Shown: one piece after another, positions 19,083-35,562 of the stretch
Numbering within the stretch: the stretch's first letter is position 1
Layout: each line of letters starts with the position of its first letter
Assembly (NCBI GenBank): GCA_038520555.1
Contig: JBCBLB010000010.1
Location: 1 to 36,125 of the forward strand
Direction: 5' to 3'
DNA length: 36,125 nucleotides
From: Myxococcota bacterium
Lineage (GTDB): Bacteria; Myxococcota_A; UBA796
Notes under the pieces: generated by a model
The model's database searches: none
What the model was told of the DNA's origin: nothing
What the model saw: the letters and a program-made list of their open reading frames with translations, nothing else
Made by a program: the position numbers and the translations under genes

Positions 19083-19878
19083 GCCCCTCCGGGTGCAGCT
19101 CGCCGGTGAAGACGCCGCCCACGGCCTGCTCCTCCAACGATTGACGGATACGGTCCTCAAGGACGCCCTCTACGTCAAAGACTTGAACCACCTCCGCGTC
19201 TTCGTCGATGCGAGCAGCGGCGGCCTACCCTCCCCCTACTTCTCGACCCGCAATGCGACGGGCCGGTTGAAGGAAGAACGCGGTATCCGACCTGGGCGCC
19301 CCTACTATCGAAGCCGACGGCTGTTCGGCCAACCGGTCGGAACAGCGGCCGAACTGGTCGATGCAGTCGACCTCATCCTCCTGACGCAGGAGAACATCGC
19401 GGCGATCCTGCTGCTCGTCGATGAAGACGGCAGCCCCACGCGCGTCGCCGACGTCCAACGAGCGCAGCGCTACTATGACGAAGAAACCCAGCACGTTGTT
19501 ATCCTTGGGCTTTGTGTCCCAACCGCGGAAGGATGGCTGGTCCCCATCATCGGACAGGTTTTCCCTGAACGTGCTGCCCGTCTGAAGAGAATCCTGAAAT
19601 TCGATCCGCTCATCGCTCCCGAGCGACTGACCAGCAAACCCCGCACGAAAGACCACCATGCAAAGCGCGTCCTGAACGCATTGCTTGATGAGGCAGGGAA
19701 GCCGCTCCAAAACCAGAAGACCCACACCCCTCCGAGAGATCGCGTCGAGGACGCGTTGATCGACGTTCACATCGATCTGAAGCCGCTGATCCGGCTGACG
19801 AAGTGCGGGCTCGGTGGATTCATCGCCGCCCTTCAGCAACGACTGGTGCCGTTGGTGGAATCCCGTTCCACCCCGTAG
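19072..19878 (+). CDS. TOPRIM-like partner protein (DUF4276/DUF4435-like), overlapping the ATPase gene by 11 nt
   Basis: Its start ATG (19072) lies inside the ATPase stop region (TGA 19080-19082), which implies translational coupling. N-terminal LRVQLAGEDAAHG resembles the first TOPRIM strand (hhhVEG.TE). A later acidic strand LLLVDEDG resembles the DxD metal-binding motif. A Lys/Arg-rich segment lies near the C-terminus. Confidence 0.7.
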   Translation: MPDEPLRVQLAGEDAAHGLLLQRLTDTVLKDALYVKDLNHLRVFVDASSGGLPSPYFSTRNATGRLKEERGIRPGRPYYRSRRLFGQPVGTAAELVDAVDLILLTQENIAAILLLVDEDGSPTRVADVQRAQRYYDEETQHVVILGLCVPTAEGWLVPIIGQVFPERAARLKRILKFDPLIAPERLTSKPRTKDHHAKRVLNALLDEAGKPLQNQKTHTPPRDRVEDALIDVHIDLKPLIRLTKCGLGGFIAALQQRLVPLVESRSTP

Positions 19879-19943
19879 CCATCGCAACAACGAAACCCCC
19901 CGCCAAAGAGGCGGGGGTGGAGTTCAGCGGCAGGGCTGGGGAA

Positions 19944-27068
<7,125 letters not shown>

Positions 27069-27229
27069 GCCTCCGAGATCGACATCGAGCCGAAATGCAC
27101 TGACCGTTCCCCAGAGCGGTTGTAAGGGTTACAGGCAATCCTGGTCCATACCAAACGCGGCGTACGGAAGGCCACCGCGGGCGCTTTTCCCATCATCGCC
27201 GCGCGCGAAAAAAGATCTCTTGAGGAAAC

Positions 27230-28180
27230 ATGACAACCAACGCGCTGGGGTTCTGCGAAGATCGGTTCAAACCCATGGAGCCCGGGCGGCTCTGCCGGGG
27301 CCGTGAACGCTGGATCGACGCCTACCCCCTCAAAGACCCCGAAGATCTCTTTCGGGTCGTCATCAGCGGCGCTGTGTTCTCGGACGACAGCGCCAACGAC
27401 GCCCGACGCGGCCTGATCTTCTCCGGTCTCGTCCTGCATGAGGTGATCCACGCGGTCTTCCCCAATGGCCCCCTGTATGCCTGGGCCGAAAATGCGCCAC
27501 CGCGGTTGATTCCCGACGAAGCCACCGGCGTCGAAGAGTACAGCGTCAGCCAGCCCGGCGGCCCGATCCGCCGGTGGTTGTGCCGGTGGATGATGCCCTG
27601 CAGCACCCCGACAGACATCCAGAAGGCCATCGACTGCGGCGCAGATGTGTTCATCTCCCTCAAAGCGGACGTCGAGCAGCCCGGCCCGATCGCCCCCCCC
27701 TTCACCGAAGAGAGCCATGAGATGCCGCGGCTGGCCGATGAGCCGGACCGACCCGCGCCGACCCTCTCCGAAGGCCTGCGGCAGCGGCTGTATCTGTTGA
27801 CCGGCTTTCGGGAGGGTGAGCAGCCCACCCGCCGCTTCCAGCCCGGCGCACTCCCCGAGCTGCTCGAATACGTCGAAGTGGCGGTGTTGGTTCATCAGGA
27901 CAAGCACGCGCCGTGTCTGGGCATGTACAGCCGGGACCTGATCGACCCGGCGGGCGCGCTCAAGGCGCTGTGTAAGGGCAAGGGCGTGTTGGCGGTGCCC
28001 TTCGCGATTCCGCCGATGTTGGCGCGGTGGGACCGGGCGCTGTGGGAGCTGCGCCAGGAGTGGGACGAGAACACAGATGGCCCCTTTCCCGTCGAGCCGG
28101 CGCCGGAAGGCGTGCATAGCTGGGGACGCCGCCATGGCCGCCGCCGGCGCAAGCGCACCCATGGAAGCGGCGAAGAGTAA
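27230..28180 (+). CDS. Hypothetical protein
   Basis: 316-aa ORF with GAGGAA just upstream and balanced composition. Preferred over the overlapping Arg/Ala/Pro-rich minus-strand ORF 27065..28585. The next gene starts 3 nt after its stop. Confidence 0.5.
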   Translation: MTTNALGFCEDRFKPMEPGRLCRGRERWIDAYPLKDPEDLFRVVISGAVFSDDSANDARRGLIFSGLVLHEVIHAVFPNGPLYAWAENAPPRLIPDEATGVEEYSVSQPGGPIRRWLCRWMMPCSTPTDIQKAIDCGADVFISLKADVEQPGPIAPPFTEESHEMPRLADEPDRPAPTLSEGLRQRLYLLTGFREGEQPTRRFQPGALPELLEYVEVAVLVHQDKHAPCLGMYSRDLIDPAGALKALCKGKGVLAVPFAIPPMLARWDRALWELRQEWDENTDGPFPVEPAPEGVHSWGRRHGRRRRKRTHGSGEE

Positions 28181-28183
28181 ACG

Positions 28184-28957
28184 ATGTTCCTTCTGTTTGG
28201 ACTGGCAGCCTGGGCGCTCGGTGACTGGTTGACCCTGGACGGCGCCGGCGGCCTGTCCTGGGGAAGCCGCGACAAGCCCCCTCAGCATGAACGCCGATCT
28301 CGAAGCGACTTTCTGCCAGACAGCGGCTTCATCGGCACCAGCGCCTCCGACCGCCCAGAGGACCTGGAGCTGCCCGCCCCAAGCGGCGAGCGACGGTTCG
28401 TCCGCTACGTCGACGGCGCGCTGGTGGATGCATGGCTGGTCCGCGACGGCGCGATCCGGCTGGTCGACATCGAGCGAGAGGCGACGCCGGAGTGGGCGGG
28501 AGTGATCCTGGGTCCGGCAGAGCCAGGCTGGCGGGCGTTCGGCTTCGCCCGAAGCTGGTCGCGGAACGATCGGACGATCCTGCACTGGGACGATCGGTCA
28601 TCAGACACCGAGATCGTCGCCTCGCGCGCCCGATCGACCCAACACTATGCGATCCAGCGCGCCGCGCCGGTCGACGAGGGGCTTCGCACCTCGCCGCGAA
28701 AAGTCCAGATCCGCGGCGATCTGAAGAGCACCGTCAGCGCCTACGCCGGGGAAATCTCGGGGTGTCTGGATCCGGCGCCCAAGCCGGTCACCGTCACGGT
28801 ATCTTTGCGGTACGACGGCGCCGGGCGGCCTGCCCGCGTCAAGGTCGAGACCGATCAGCCGTCCTTCCACATCACCGAGTGCATCGCCGGCGCCATCTCC
28901 AAGACCCGGGCACCGGGCGAGACCGCGGGCGTCTTCACCGCGTTTCGGATGCGTTGA
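28184..28957 (+). CDS. Hypothetical protein with N-terminal hydrophobic segment
   Basis: ATG 3 nt after the stop of 27230..28180, giving an operon arrangement. N-terminal MFLLFGLAAWALGDW is hydrophobic. No recognised domain. Its 3' end overlaps the convergent hydrolase gene by ~23 nt. Confidence 0.5.
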   Translation: MFLLFGLAAWALGDWLTLDGAGGLSWGSRDKPPQHERRSRSDFLPDSGFIGTSASDRPEDLELPAPSGERRFVRYVDGALVDAWLVRDGAIRLVDIEREATPEWAGVILGPAEPGWRAFGFARSWSRNDRTILHWDDRSSDTEIVASRARSTQHYAIQRAAPVDEGLRTSPRKVQIRGDLKSTVSAYAGEISGCLDPAPKPVTVTVSLRYDGAGRPARVKVETDQPSFHITECIAGAISKTRAPGETAGVFTAFRMR

Positions 28958-29867
28958 GGTCGATCCCGCGGGCCTTGAGCTGCCGGTCACAAAACGCCAG
29001 GATCCGATCGGCGAGGTGCACCGGATACTCGATATAGGGCGCATGGCCGTACGACTCCGGCTGCTCAAACAGGGCGTCTTCGGGCAGGTTGTCGACGAAG
29101 AAGCGTCGCTGCTCTTCGTGCATGATGTCGTCCTTCTGGCCCCACAGCATCAGCGTCGGCATCGACAGCTCCTGCAGGTGGCGCTGCTCCAGGAAGTCGG
29201 AGTCATCCAGGCTGTTGATGAAGCCGCGAACGGTGGGATCCTGAAGCTGCGCGAGGACGCCGCGGGCGACCAGGTGACGCAGGGGCATCCGCCGCAGCGG
29301 CCCCCCCAGATAGTCCCGGGCGAAGTCGACCGCCTGCTGGTGGGTCGAGACGTCGAAGCGGCGGAGATAGTCTTGCATCGACAGGGACCGGAGCGCCCCG
29401 CCCCCCGGCGAGTTGACGATGAGGGCAGCCACCCGCTCCGGAGAGCGATGCGCGTATCGGATCGCCCCATAGCCGCCCAGCGAGTTCCCGTAGAGCACGA
29501 CGGGTTCGACGCCATCGAGAAGCGCATCCAGCGTCTCGTTGAAGGCCTGCTGCATGGTGGGCCCGCTGATCGGCTCATCGGGCACGAAGCTGCGCCCATG
29601 ACCGAGCAGATCAGGGATCAGGATGCGACGGTAGTGCGCCCGCAGCCGATGCGCGACCCCGGCAAAATGCGTGCTTCGCGCGCTCATGCCATGCACCAGG
29701 ACCAACGTCGGCAGATCGCCGGTGCCGTCCAGATCGAGGACATGGATGCGGCCCGCGCTGGCGTCTACCCAGCGGCTGCGTGCCCCGACCATCGAGAAGT
29801 ATCCAGCCGTCAGCCGATCGATAAACGTCGTCAAAGGTGCCCTCGCTGTTGTTTCACTAGAACACAT
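28935..29867 (-). CDS. Alpha/beta-hydrolase fold protein
   Basis: HGMSARSTHF (oxyanion HG), nucleophile elbow GNSLGG, C-terminal catalytic-His region ...SYGHAPYIE. Track start is a TTG at 29909. I prefer the ATG at 29867 (MCSSETT...), which leaves ~50 aa before the HG motif. Start uncertain. Confidence 0.75.
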   Translation of the reverse strand: MCSSETTARAPLTTFIDRLTAGYFSMVGARSRWVDASAGRIHVLDLDGTGDLPTLVLVHGMSARSTHFAGVAHRLRAHYRRILIPDLLGHGRSFVPDEPISGPTMQQAFNETLDALLDGVEPVVLYGNSLGGYGAIRYAHRSPERVAALIVNSPGGGALRSLSMQDYLRRFDVSTHQQAVDFARDYLGGPLRRMPLRHLVARGVLAQLQDPTVRGFINSLDDSDFLEQRHLQELSMPTLMLWGQKDDIMHEEQRRFFVDNLPEDALFEQPESYGHAPYIEYPVHLADRILAFCDRQLKARGIDLNASETR

Positions 29868-29991
29868 TCTATTCTTGCCCCCCGCGGGGTGGCAACTGGC
29901 TCCGGTCAAAGTTCGTTCAACGTTGAGTCGGGGACCATCCCGGGATAGTCGATGAACTCTGTCTCTCTCGATTGAACTGTAAGGAGGCGCG

Positions 29992-31956
29992 GTGTCTCGT
30001 TTTTACGTCACGACGCCCATCTATTATCTCAACGGCCGGCCTCATATCGGCCACGCCTACACCACCATCGCCGCCGACGTGATCGCGCGGTGGCATCGGA
30101 TGAAGGGCGATCAGGTTCGCTTCCTCACCGGAACCGATGAGCATGGTCAGAAGGTCTTCAAGACCGCCCAGAAGCGGGGGATCACCCCCAAACAACACGT
30201 CGACGAGCTGGTCGGGCCGTTCAAGGATCTGTGGACACGACTGGACGTTCAGTATGACGACTTCATCCGGACCACCGAACCCCGACACATCCAGGTCGTC
30301 CAGGACGTCCTTCAGATGCTCTACGATCGCGGTGAGATCTATGAGGACTTCTATGAGGGGTGGTACTCTACCGCTGCGGAGCGGTTCTGGACCGAGAAGG
30401 ACCTGATCGACGGGAAGTGCCCGGACACCGGACAGCCCGTCGAGTGGATCACAGAGAAGAACTACTTCTTCCGGATGTCCAGGTACGGCGATCTGCTTCG
30501 CAAGTGGATCGAAGATCACCCCGACTTCATCCGCCCGGTATCGCGAAAAAATGAGGTGCTCGGCTACTTGCGCCAGGAGATGGGCGATCTATGCATCACC
30601 CGCCCCAAGGAGCGCCTGCCCTGGGGGATCGAGATCCCCTTTGACCGCGACTACGTCACCTATGTGTGGTTCGACGCCCTGCTCAACTACATCACCGCGC
30701 TGGGCTACCACCCCGCCCGTGACAACAGCGAGCTGTTCGAGCACTTCTGGCCGGCCAGCTACCAGCTGGTGGGCAAGGACATCTTGACCACCCACGCCGT
30801 CTACTGGTCGACGATGCTGTTCGCCCTGGGCCTGACCCCGTCGCAGTGTCTGTACGCCCACGGCTGGTGGACCGTCAAGCAGACCAAGATGAGCAAATCG
30901 CTGGGCAACGTCATCGATCCCAACCTGCTGTTGGATGCCTACGGCGTCGACGCGGTCCGGTTCTTCGTCCTCAAGGAGATCCCCTTCGGTGGCGACGGGG
31001 ACTTCAGCCACGACGCCTTCATGAAGGGCGTCAACTCGTACCTGGCCAACGACTTCGGCAACCTCGCCCACCGAGCGCTGTCGATGACCAACAAGTGGCT
31101 TGGCGGCCAGATCCCGCCGCTGGACGAACCGACCGAACGCGACGACGCCCTGACCGCGATGATCGAGCGGGTGCTGCCAGAGTACATCGAACAGCTTGAG
31201 GCGCTCCAGTTCTCCATCGCCCTGGAGACGCTGTGGACCTTCATCCGCGCAGGCAACAAGTACCTCGACGACGAAGCGCCATGGGCGCTCAATCGTGAAG
31301 GCAAGACCGAGCGGCTACAGGGCGTGATGCGACGCGCGATGGAGATCTGTCGGATTGCTTCGGTGCTGGTCTCACCGTTCCTCACCCGGAAGTCTTTGGA
31401 GATGCTGAACAACCTGGGGCTCGATGAGATCCGCTTTGAGAAGCTGACCACCTTCGACGGGCTCACTGCAGGGGCGGACGTATCTGATTTCGATCCGCTC
31501 TTCCCCCGGATACAGGAGCTGCCGCCAGCCATTCAGGCGGTCCTCGGCGCCGATGCACCGGAAGCCCCCCCGAAGCCGAAGAAGAACAAAACGTCCAAAA
31601 AGAAGAAAGACGCAGAACCGAGAGGGGACGGTCTGATCACGTTCGACGACTTCCAGAAGGTTCAGTTGCGGGCGGGCCGGGTTGTTGCGGCAAAACCGCA
31701 TCCAAACGCCGATAAGCTGCTGGTGCTTCAGGTGGATCTGGGCGAAGGGCAGCCGCGTCAGATCGTGGCGGGCATCGCCAGCCGCTATCCGCCGGAGACG
31801 TTGGTGGGACAGATGGTCGTCGCAGTGGCGAACCTGAAACCCGCCAGGCTCCGCGGGGAGATCAGCCAGGGCATGTTGTTGGCCGCGGGAGCGAGAGAGG
31901 TTCAGGGGCTTGTCACGCTGTCGGATGACGTGGAGCCGGGCACCGTCGTTCGGTGA
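29992..31956 (+). CDS. metG: Methionine--tRNA ligase (class I aaRS) with C-terminal EMAP/Trbp111-like tRNA-binding domain
   Basis: GTG start at 29992 with AAGGAGG 4 nt upstream. PIYYLNGRPHIGHAYT (HIGH motif), KMSKS present, anticodon-binding helical region. C-terminal FQKVQLRAGRVVAAKPHPNADKLLVLQVDLGEG...ISQGMLLAAG is the OB-fold tRNA-binding domain. Confidence 0.95.
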   Translation: MSRFYVTTPIYYLNGRPHIGHAYTTIAADVIARWHRMKGDQVRFLTGTDEHGQKVFKTAQKRGITPKQHVDELVGPFKDLWTRLDVQYDDFIRTTEPRHIQVVQDVLQMLYDRGEIYEDFYEGWYSTAAERFWTEKDLIDGKCPDTGQPVEWITEKNYFFRMSRYGDLLRKWIEDHPDFIRPVSRKNEVLGYLRQEMGDLCITRPKERLPWGIEIPFDRDYVTYVWFDALLNYITALGYHPARDNSELFEHFWPASYQLVGKDILTTHAVYWSTMLFALGLTPSQCLYAHGWWTVKQTKMSKSLGNVIDPNLLLDAYGVDAVRFFVLKEIPFGGDGDFSHDAFMKGVNSYLANDFGNLAHRALSMTNKWLGGQIPPLDEPTERDDALTAMIERVLPEYIEQLEALQFSIALETLWTFIRAGNKYLDDEAPWALNREGKTERLQGVMRRAMEICRIASVLVSPFLTRKSLEMLNNLGLDEIRFEKLTTFDGLTAGADVSDFDPLFPRIQELPPAIQAVLGADAPEAPPKPKKNKTSKKKKDAEPRGDGLITFDDFQKVQLRAGRVVAAKPHPNADKLLVLQVDLGEGQPRQIVAGIASRYPPETLVGQMVVAVANLKPARLRGEISQGMLLAAGAREVQGLVTLSDDVEPGTVVR

Positions 31957-32152
31957 GTGAGAAAGAGGGTCGCGTTTCGAGAACCGTTCCGGTAGAGTTA
32001 GCGGCGGTACACTGTTCCAATTTTCTTCATCGAAGACGCACATCAACGGCAAAAATCGGCTCTGAAGACATTTTCTCCATGAAGATGTCACACTACTGGA
32101 GCGATGATCGTAGCTGATAGATGATTCAGAACCCTCTCAGGAGCCCCGCGCC

Positions 32153-33772
32153 ATGACCCGTAGCTTGCTCCCCATTGCAGCTGTCCTTGCTGTCGGTTGT
32201 AACGAATTCGACCTCGTTCCTGCGGATGAACTCAACGCAGGAAACGAGGATTTTTGCGCGGCCAGCGTCGCCCTGAACACCCGCAACATCCCATTCGGTG
32301 AGCTGAGCGTCGGCGCGGGTGAGCAGCGGACCGAGACCGTCATCATCACCAACGCCAGCGAGACGTGCGACCTGAGCATCTCAGAGCTTCTCATTGAAGA
32401 AGATGCAATGGCGTCGTTTATTCTGGGCACGATCAGCTCGCCGGTGCTGGCCCCCGGCGCCTCGGCGGACCTGAACATCACCTACTCGCCGACGGTTGAC
32501 TTCGACGATCAGGCGACCCTGATCGTCAAGACCAACGACCCCGATGAGCCCCGGGCCGCGGTCCGGCTGACCGGCTCCGGTCTGGCCCCGAAACTTGAAG
32601 TGGATCCGGCCGAATACGACTTCGGCCTGCCTTACATCGGCTGTGAGTTCGGCCAGACGATCACCATCCGCAACGTGGGCCGTGATGACCTGATCGTCGA
32701 CGACGCCCTCTTCGCCCCCGACACCCTTGAGCTGACCTGGGACGATCGGCGGTTCAACCGGTTCACCGGCGACCCGATCAATGGTGAGTTCCCCTGGACC
32801 CTCAAGCCTGAGGAAGAGCGCAAGGTCAGCGTCTTCTACAACCCCCTCGACACGCTCGCGGATGGCAGCACCATCACCTTCTCGACCAACGACCCGGCCC
32901 TGGCCAACGGCAACGGCTACGCCTTCCAGACCGGCAACGCCGAGATTTATGACCGAAACACCGACGTCTTCGAGCAGCCTTTGAAGGCGAAGACCGACAT
33001 CCTGTTCGCTGTGGACAAGTCCTGCTCGATGAACGACGACATCGCCGCGGTTCGGGCCAACTTCTTCTTCTACACCTCGACGTTGCAGAGCCTCAACGCC
33101 GACTACCGCATCGCGATCATCGTCCAGGACTCCGGCGTCATCTCCGGCAGTTATGATTACATCGACGAAGACCTCGCCCGGATCAATGGCGCCGCTGAGG
33201 CGGTCGCGGGCGACATGTTGGATGGGACAGAGGGTGGCTTCACCGAGATGGCGTTCACCCTGTTCCAGAACGGCTATGAAGCCAACTCGCACTGGTTGCG
33301 GGACGATGCGAAGCTCAACCTGGTCGGCATCTCCGATGAGCCTGAGCAGAGCCCCGACTCCTGGGCCAACTATGTGTCGTACTTCCAGGACTTGAAGGAC
33401 GACCCCGATCAGGTCGTCTTCCACGCGGTCGGCGGCGACTACCCCAGCGGCTGCGGCGGCAACATGGGCTATGAGGGGATGTACCAGGCCACCGTCATGA
33501 CCGAAGGTCTGTTCTTGTCCATCTGCGAAGAAGACTGGTCCAGCCAGCTCATCAAGCTCGCTGAAGAGTCGGCCAACGACCTGGACACCTTCATCCTCAG
33601 CCGGGACCCGGTGCCTGAGACCATCAAAGTCCGTGTCAACGAAGTCACGGAGCCCGACGGGTGGAACTACAGCGAAGAGAAGAACGCGGTGGTCTTCTTC
33701 GAAGAAGACATCCCCGACGGTGGCTCGATCATTGAGATCGAATACATCGTGCAGAGCGACTGCGACCAGTAA
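32153..33772 (+). CDS. Lipoprotein with N-terminal Ig-like (DUF1573/HYDIN-like) beta-sandwich repeats and C-terminal vWA domain (MIDAS DxSxS)
   Basis: Signal + Cys (MTRSLLPIAAVLAVGC-NEFDL). Repeats with TIRNVGRDDLIVDD/ITNASETCDLSISEL-type motifs. MIDAS motif in ILFAVDKSCSMNDDI, followed by the ...LVGISDEPEQS acidic loop. Confidence 0.8.
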   Translation: MTRSLLPIAAVLAVGCNEFDLVPADELNAGNEDFCAASVALNTRNIPFGELSVGAGEQRTETVIITNASETCDLSISELLIEEDAMASFILGTISSPVLAPGASADLNITYSPTVDFDDQATLIVKTNDPDEPRAAVRLTGSGLAPKLEVDPAEYDFGLPYIGCEFGQTITIRNVGRDDLIVDDALFAPDTLELTWDDRRFNRFTGDPINGEFPWTLKPEEERKVSVFYNPLDTLADGSTITFSTNDPALANGNGYAFQTGNAEIYDRNTDVFEQPLKAKTDILFAVDKSCSMNDDIAAVRANFFFYTSTLQSLNADYRIAIIVQDSGVISGSYDYIDEDLARINGAAEAVAGDMLDGTEGGFTEMAFTLFQNGYEANSHWLRDDAKLNLVGISDEPEQSPDSWANYVSYFQDLKDDPDQVVFHAVGGDYPSGCGGNMGYEGMYQATVMTEGLFLSICEEDWSSQLIKLAEESANDLDTFILSRDPVPETIKVRVNEVTEPDGWNYSEEKNAVVFFEEDIPDGGSIIEIEYIVQSDCDQ

Positions 33773-33924
33773 TCGCTGCGTTCTGGTGGGCAATCGACCG
33801 GGTCGGCGTCATGCCGACCCGGTCGTCGCGTTCAGATCGGAGATTTCCGGCCGCAGACGCGATTCAACAAGCGAACGGCCGTACCAGACTTTATAGTACC
33901 CAGTGCGATGCCGAGGAGTGCTCG

Positions 33925-35517
33925 ATGATGCGATTCACATTGCCTGTCCTGTTGTGCGGGTTCGCCGCCGGTTGCAGCGAGTTTGATCTGGTGTTTCGCC
34001 CGGACGAGCTCCAGGATCCCGAATGCAACCTGACCGTCCAGACGCCCGCGCGGATCGACTTCGGCGCCATCAGCGTTCGGAACGACGACCCGGTCACCCA
34101 GCAGCTGCAGATCGTCAACAACAGCAACTGCGACATGAACATCTATGACCTGGAGCTTCAAGCCGATGGGCGGGGATCGTTTCGCACCGGCCCGCTGTTC
34201 CAGCCCGTCCTCGAAGCCAACGGCGGACAGACCAGCATTGATGTCGTCTGCGACCCTGTCACCGACGGATCTCTCGACGGCATGATCCGTATCCGGGCTG
34301 GCGCCTCTGACTTTGAAGATCAGTCTGTAGAGAAGTTCACCGAGCTGGTCTGTCAGGGCCAGGCGCCCCAACTCAGCGTCACTCCGGACGACTTCACCTT
34401 CGATCCTGAGCCGATCGGCTGTGAAGAGCGGCTCCCCGTCACCATCAGCAACATCGGCAGCGAAGTTCTTGAGGTGAGGGGCATCGACAACATCATCACC
34501 GCGTCCGCAGAGCTTCGGTACGACATGGAGCTGAACGAGCTGTTCCCGTGGGCGCTCGAGCCTGGCCAGTCCCGAGACATCGCGGTCTACTATGAACCGA
34601 CCGACAACATCGGCGACACTCTTCAGTTCCGCGTCCAGTCCAACGACCCGCTGTTTGAAGCCAACGGCTATCCTGCCATCTATGACGGGAACGCGGCAGA
34701 GCCCATCCGGCAGACCGACATCTTCGAGGTGCCGCTGAAGCCCCAGTCGGACATCATCTTCGCGGTCGACACGTCCTGCTCGATGAAGGACGCCATCGCC
34801 GGCATCCAGAACAACTTCGAAGTGTTCACCGACGCCCTCGATAAGACCGACACCGACTATCGGATCTTCGTCGTGGTCGAAGACTCTGGGATCCCCACCG
34901 GCGATGTCGCATACATCGATCGGGATAACGCAGAGAATGCCTCTGATATCATCGAGGAGATGCTCTCCGGGCCCAAAGGGTTCACCGCGGAGATGGGGCT
35001 GACCATGCTCGAGATCGCGACGGCGGCCAACCGCAGCAACCTGCGTGAAGACGCAGAGCTCAACCTGATCGCCATCTCCGATGAGCCTGAGCAGACCCTG
35101 ACGAAAGACTACACCGAGTTCGTCGCCGACTTCCAGGCCCTCAAAGACGACGATCGCAAAGTCCAGATCCACGGCATCGGCGGCGACGCCCCCAACGGAT
35201 GCGACACCGCCAAGGCGTTCACCAACGTCTTCGAAGCGACCGAAGCCACTGGCGGGACGTTCGCCTCGATCTGCTCCCGGGATTGGGCCGCCCGCCTCGA
35301 TGACCTGGCCGCAGAGACCGTCGTCGAGCTCAACGTCTTCGACCTCTCCCGACGCCCTGTACAGGACTCCATCACGGTCTCTGTCAACACCGGCAGCGTC
35401 GAAGGGGACTGGGTCTACGACTCCACGTTCAATTCCATCGTCTTCGCCAGCGGCAAAGAGCCGCCCGGCGCCGCCACTGTATCCGTCAGCTACATCGTCC
35501 AGACCGACTGCGACTGA
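33925..35517 (+). CDS. Paralogous lipoprotein: Ig-like repeats + vWA domain (tandem duplicate of previous gene)
   Basis: Trimmed from track start 33811 to the ATG at 33925 (MMRFTLPVLLCGFAAGC-SEFDL), which has GAGGAG 5-6 nt upstream. Same architecture and colinear motifs as 32153..33772 (IIFAVDTSCSMKDAI; LIAISDEPEQT; C-terminal SYIVQTDCD versus EYIVQSDCDQ). Confidence 0.8.
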   Translation: MMRFTLPVLLCGFAAGCSEFDLVFRPDELQDPECNLTVQTPARIDFGAISVRNDDPVTQQLQIVNNSNCDMNIYDLELQADGRGSFRTGPLFQPVLEANGGQTSIDVVCDPVTDGSLDGMIRIRAGASDFEDQSVEKFTELVCQGQAPQLSVTPDDFTFDPEPIGCEERLPVTISNIGSEVLEVRGIDNIITASAELRYDMELNELFPWALEPGQSRDIAVYYEPTDNIGDTLQFRVQSNDPLFEANGYPAIYDGNAAEPIRQTDIFEVPLKPQSDIIFAVDTSCSMKDAIAGIQNNFEVFTDALDKTDTDYRIFVVVEDSGIPTGDVAYIDRDNAENASDIIEEMLSGPKGFTAEMGLTMLEIATAANRSNLREDAELNLIAISDEPEQTLTKDYTEFVADFQALKDDDRKVQIHGIGGDAPNGCDTAKAFTNVFEATEATGGTFASICSRDWAARLDDLAAETVVELNVFDLSRRPVQDSITVSVNTGSVEGDWVYDSTFNSIVFASGKEPPGAATVSVSYIVQTDCD

Positions 35518-35562
35518 CCCAAACCGCAACAGATACAGACCGCAACGGCTACAGACGATCGG

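Noticed and set aside
29917-29926. Perfect 10-bp palindrome TCAACGTTGA upstream of metG
   Set aside because: Too short to distinguish from chance. metG in Gram-negative-type genomes is not known to use T-box or operator control at this position.
32381-35529. Minus-strand ORFs 32381..33793 (470 aa) and 33832..35529 (565 aa)
   Set aside because: Antisense to the two vWA lipoprotein genes, which have signal peptides and MIDAS motifs. Gly/Val/Asp/Arg-rich shadow translations.
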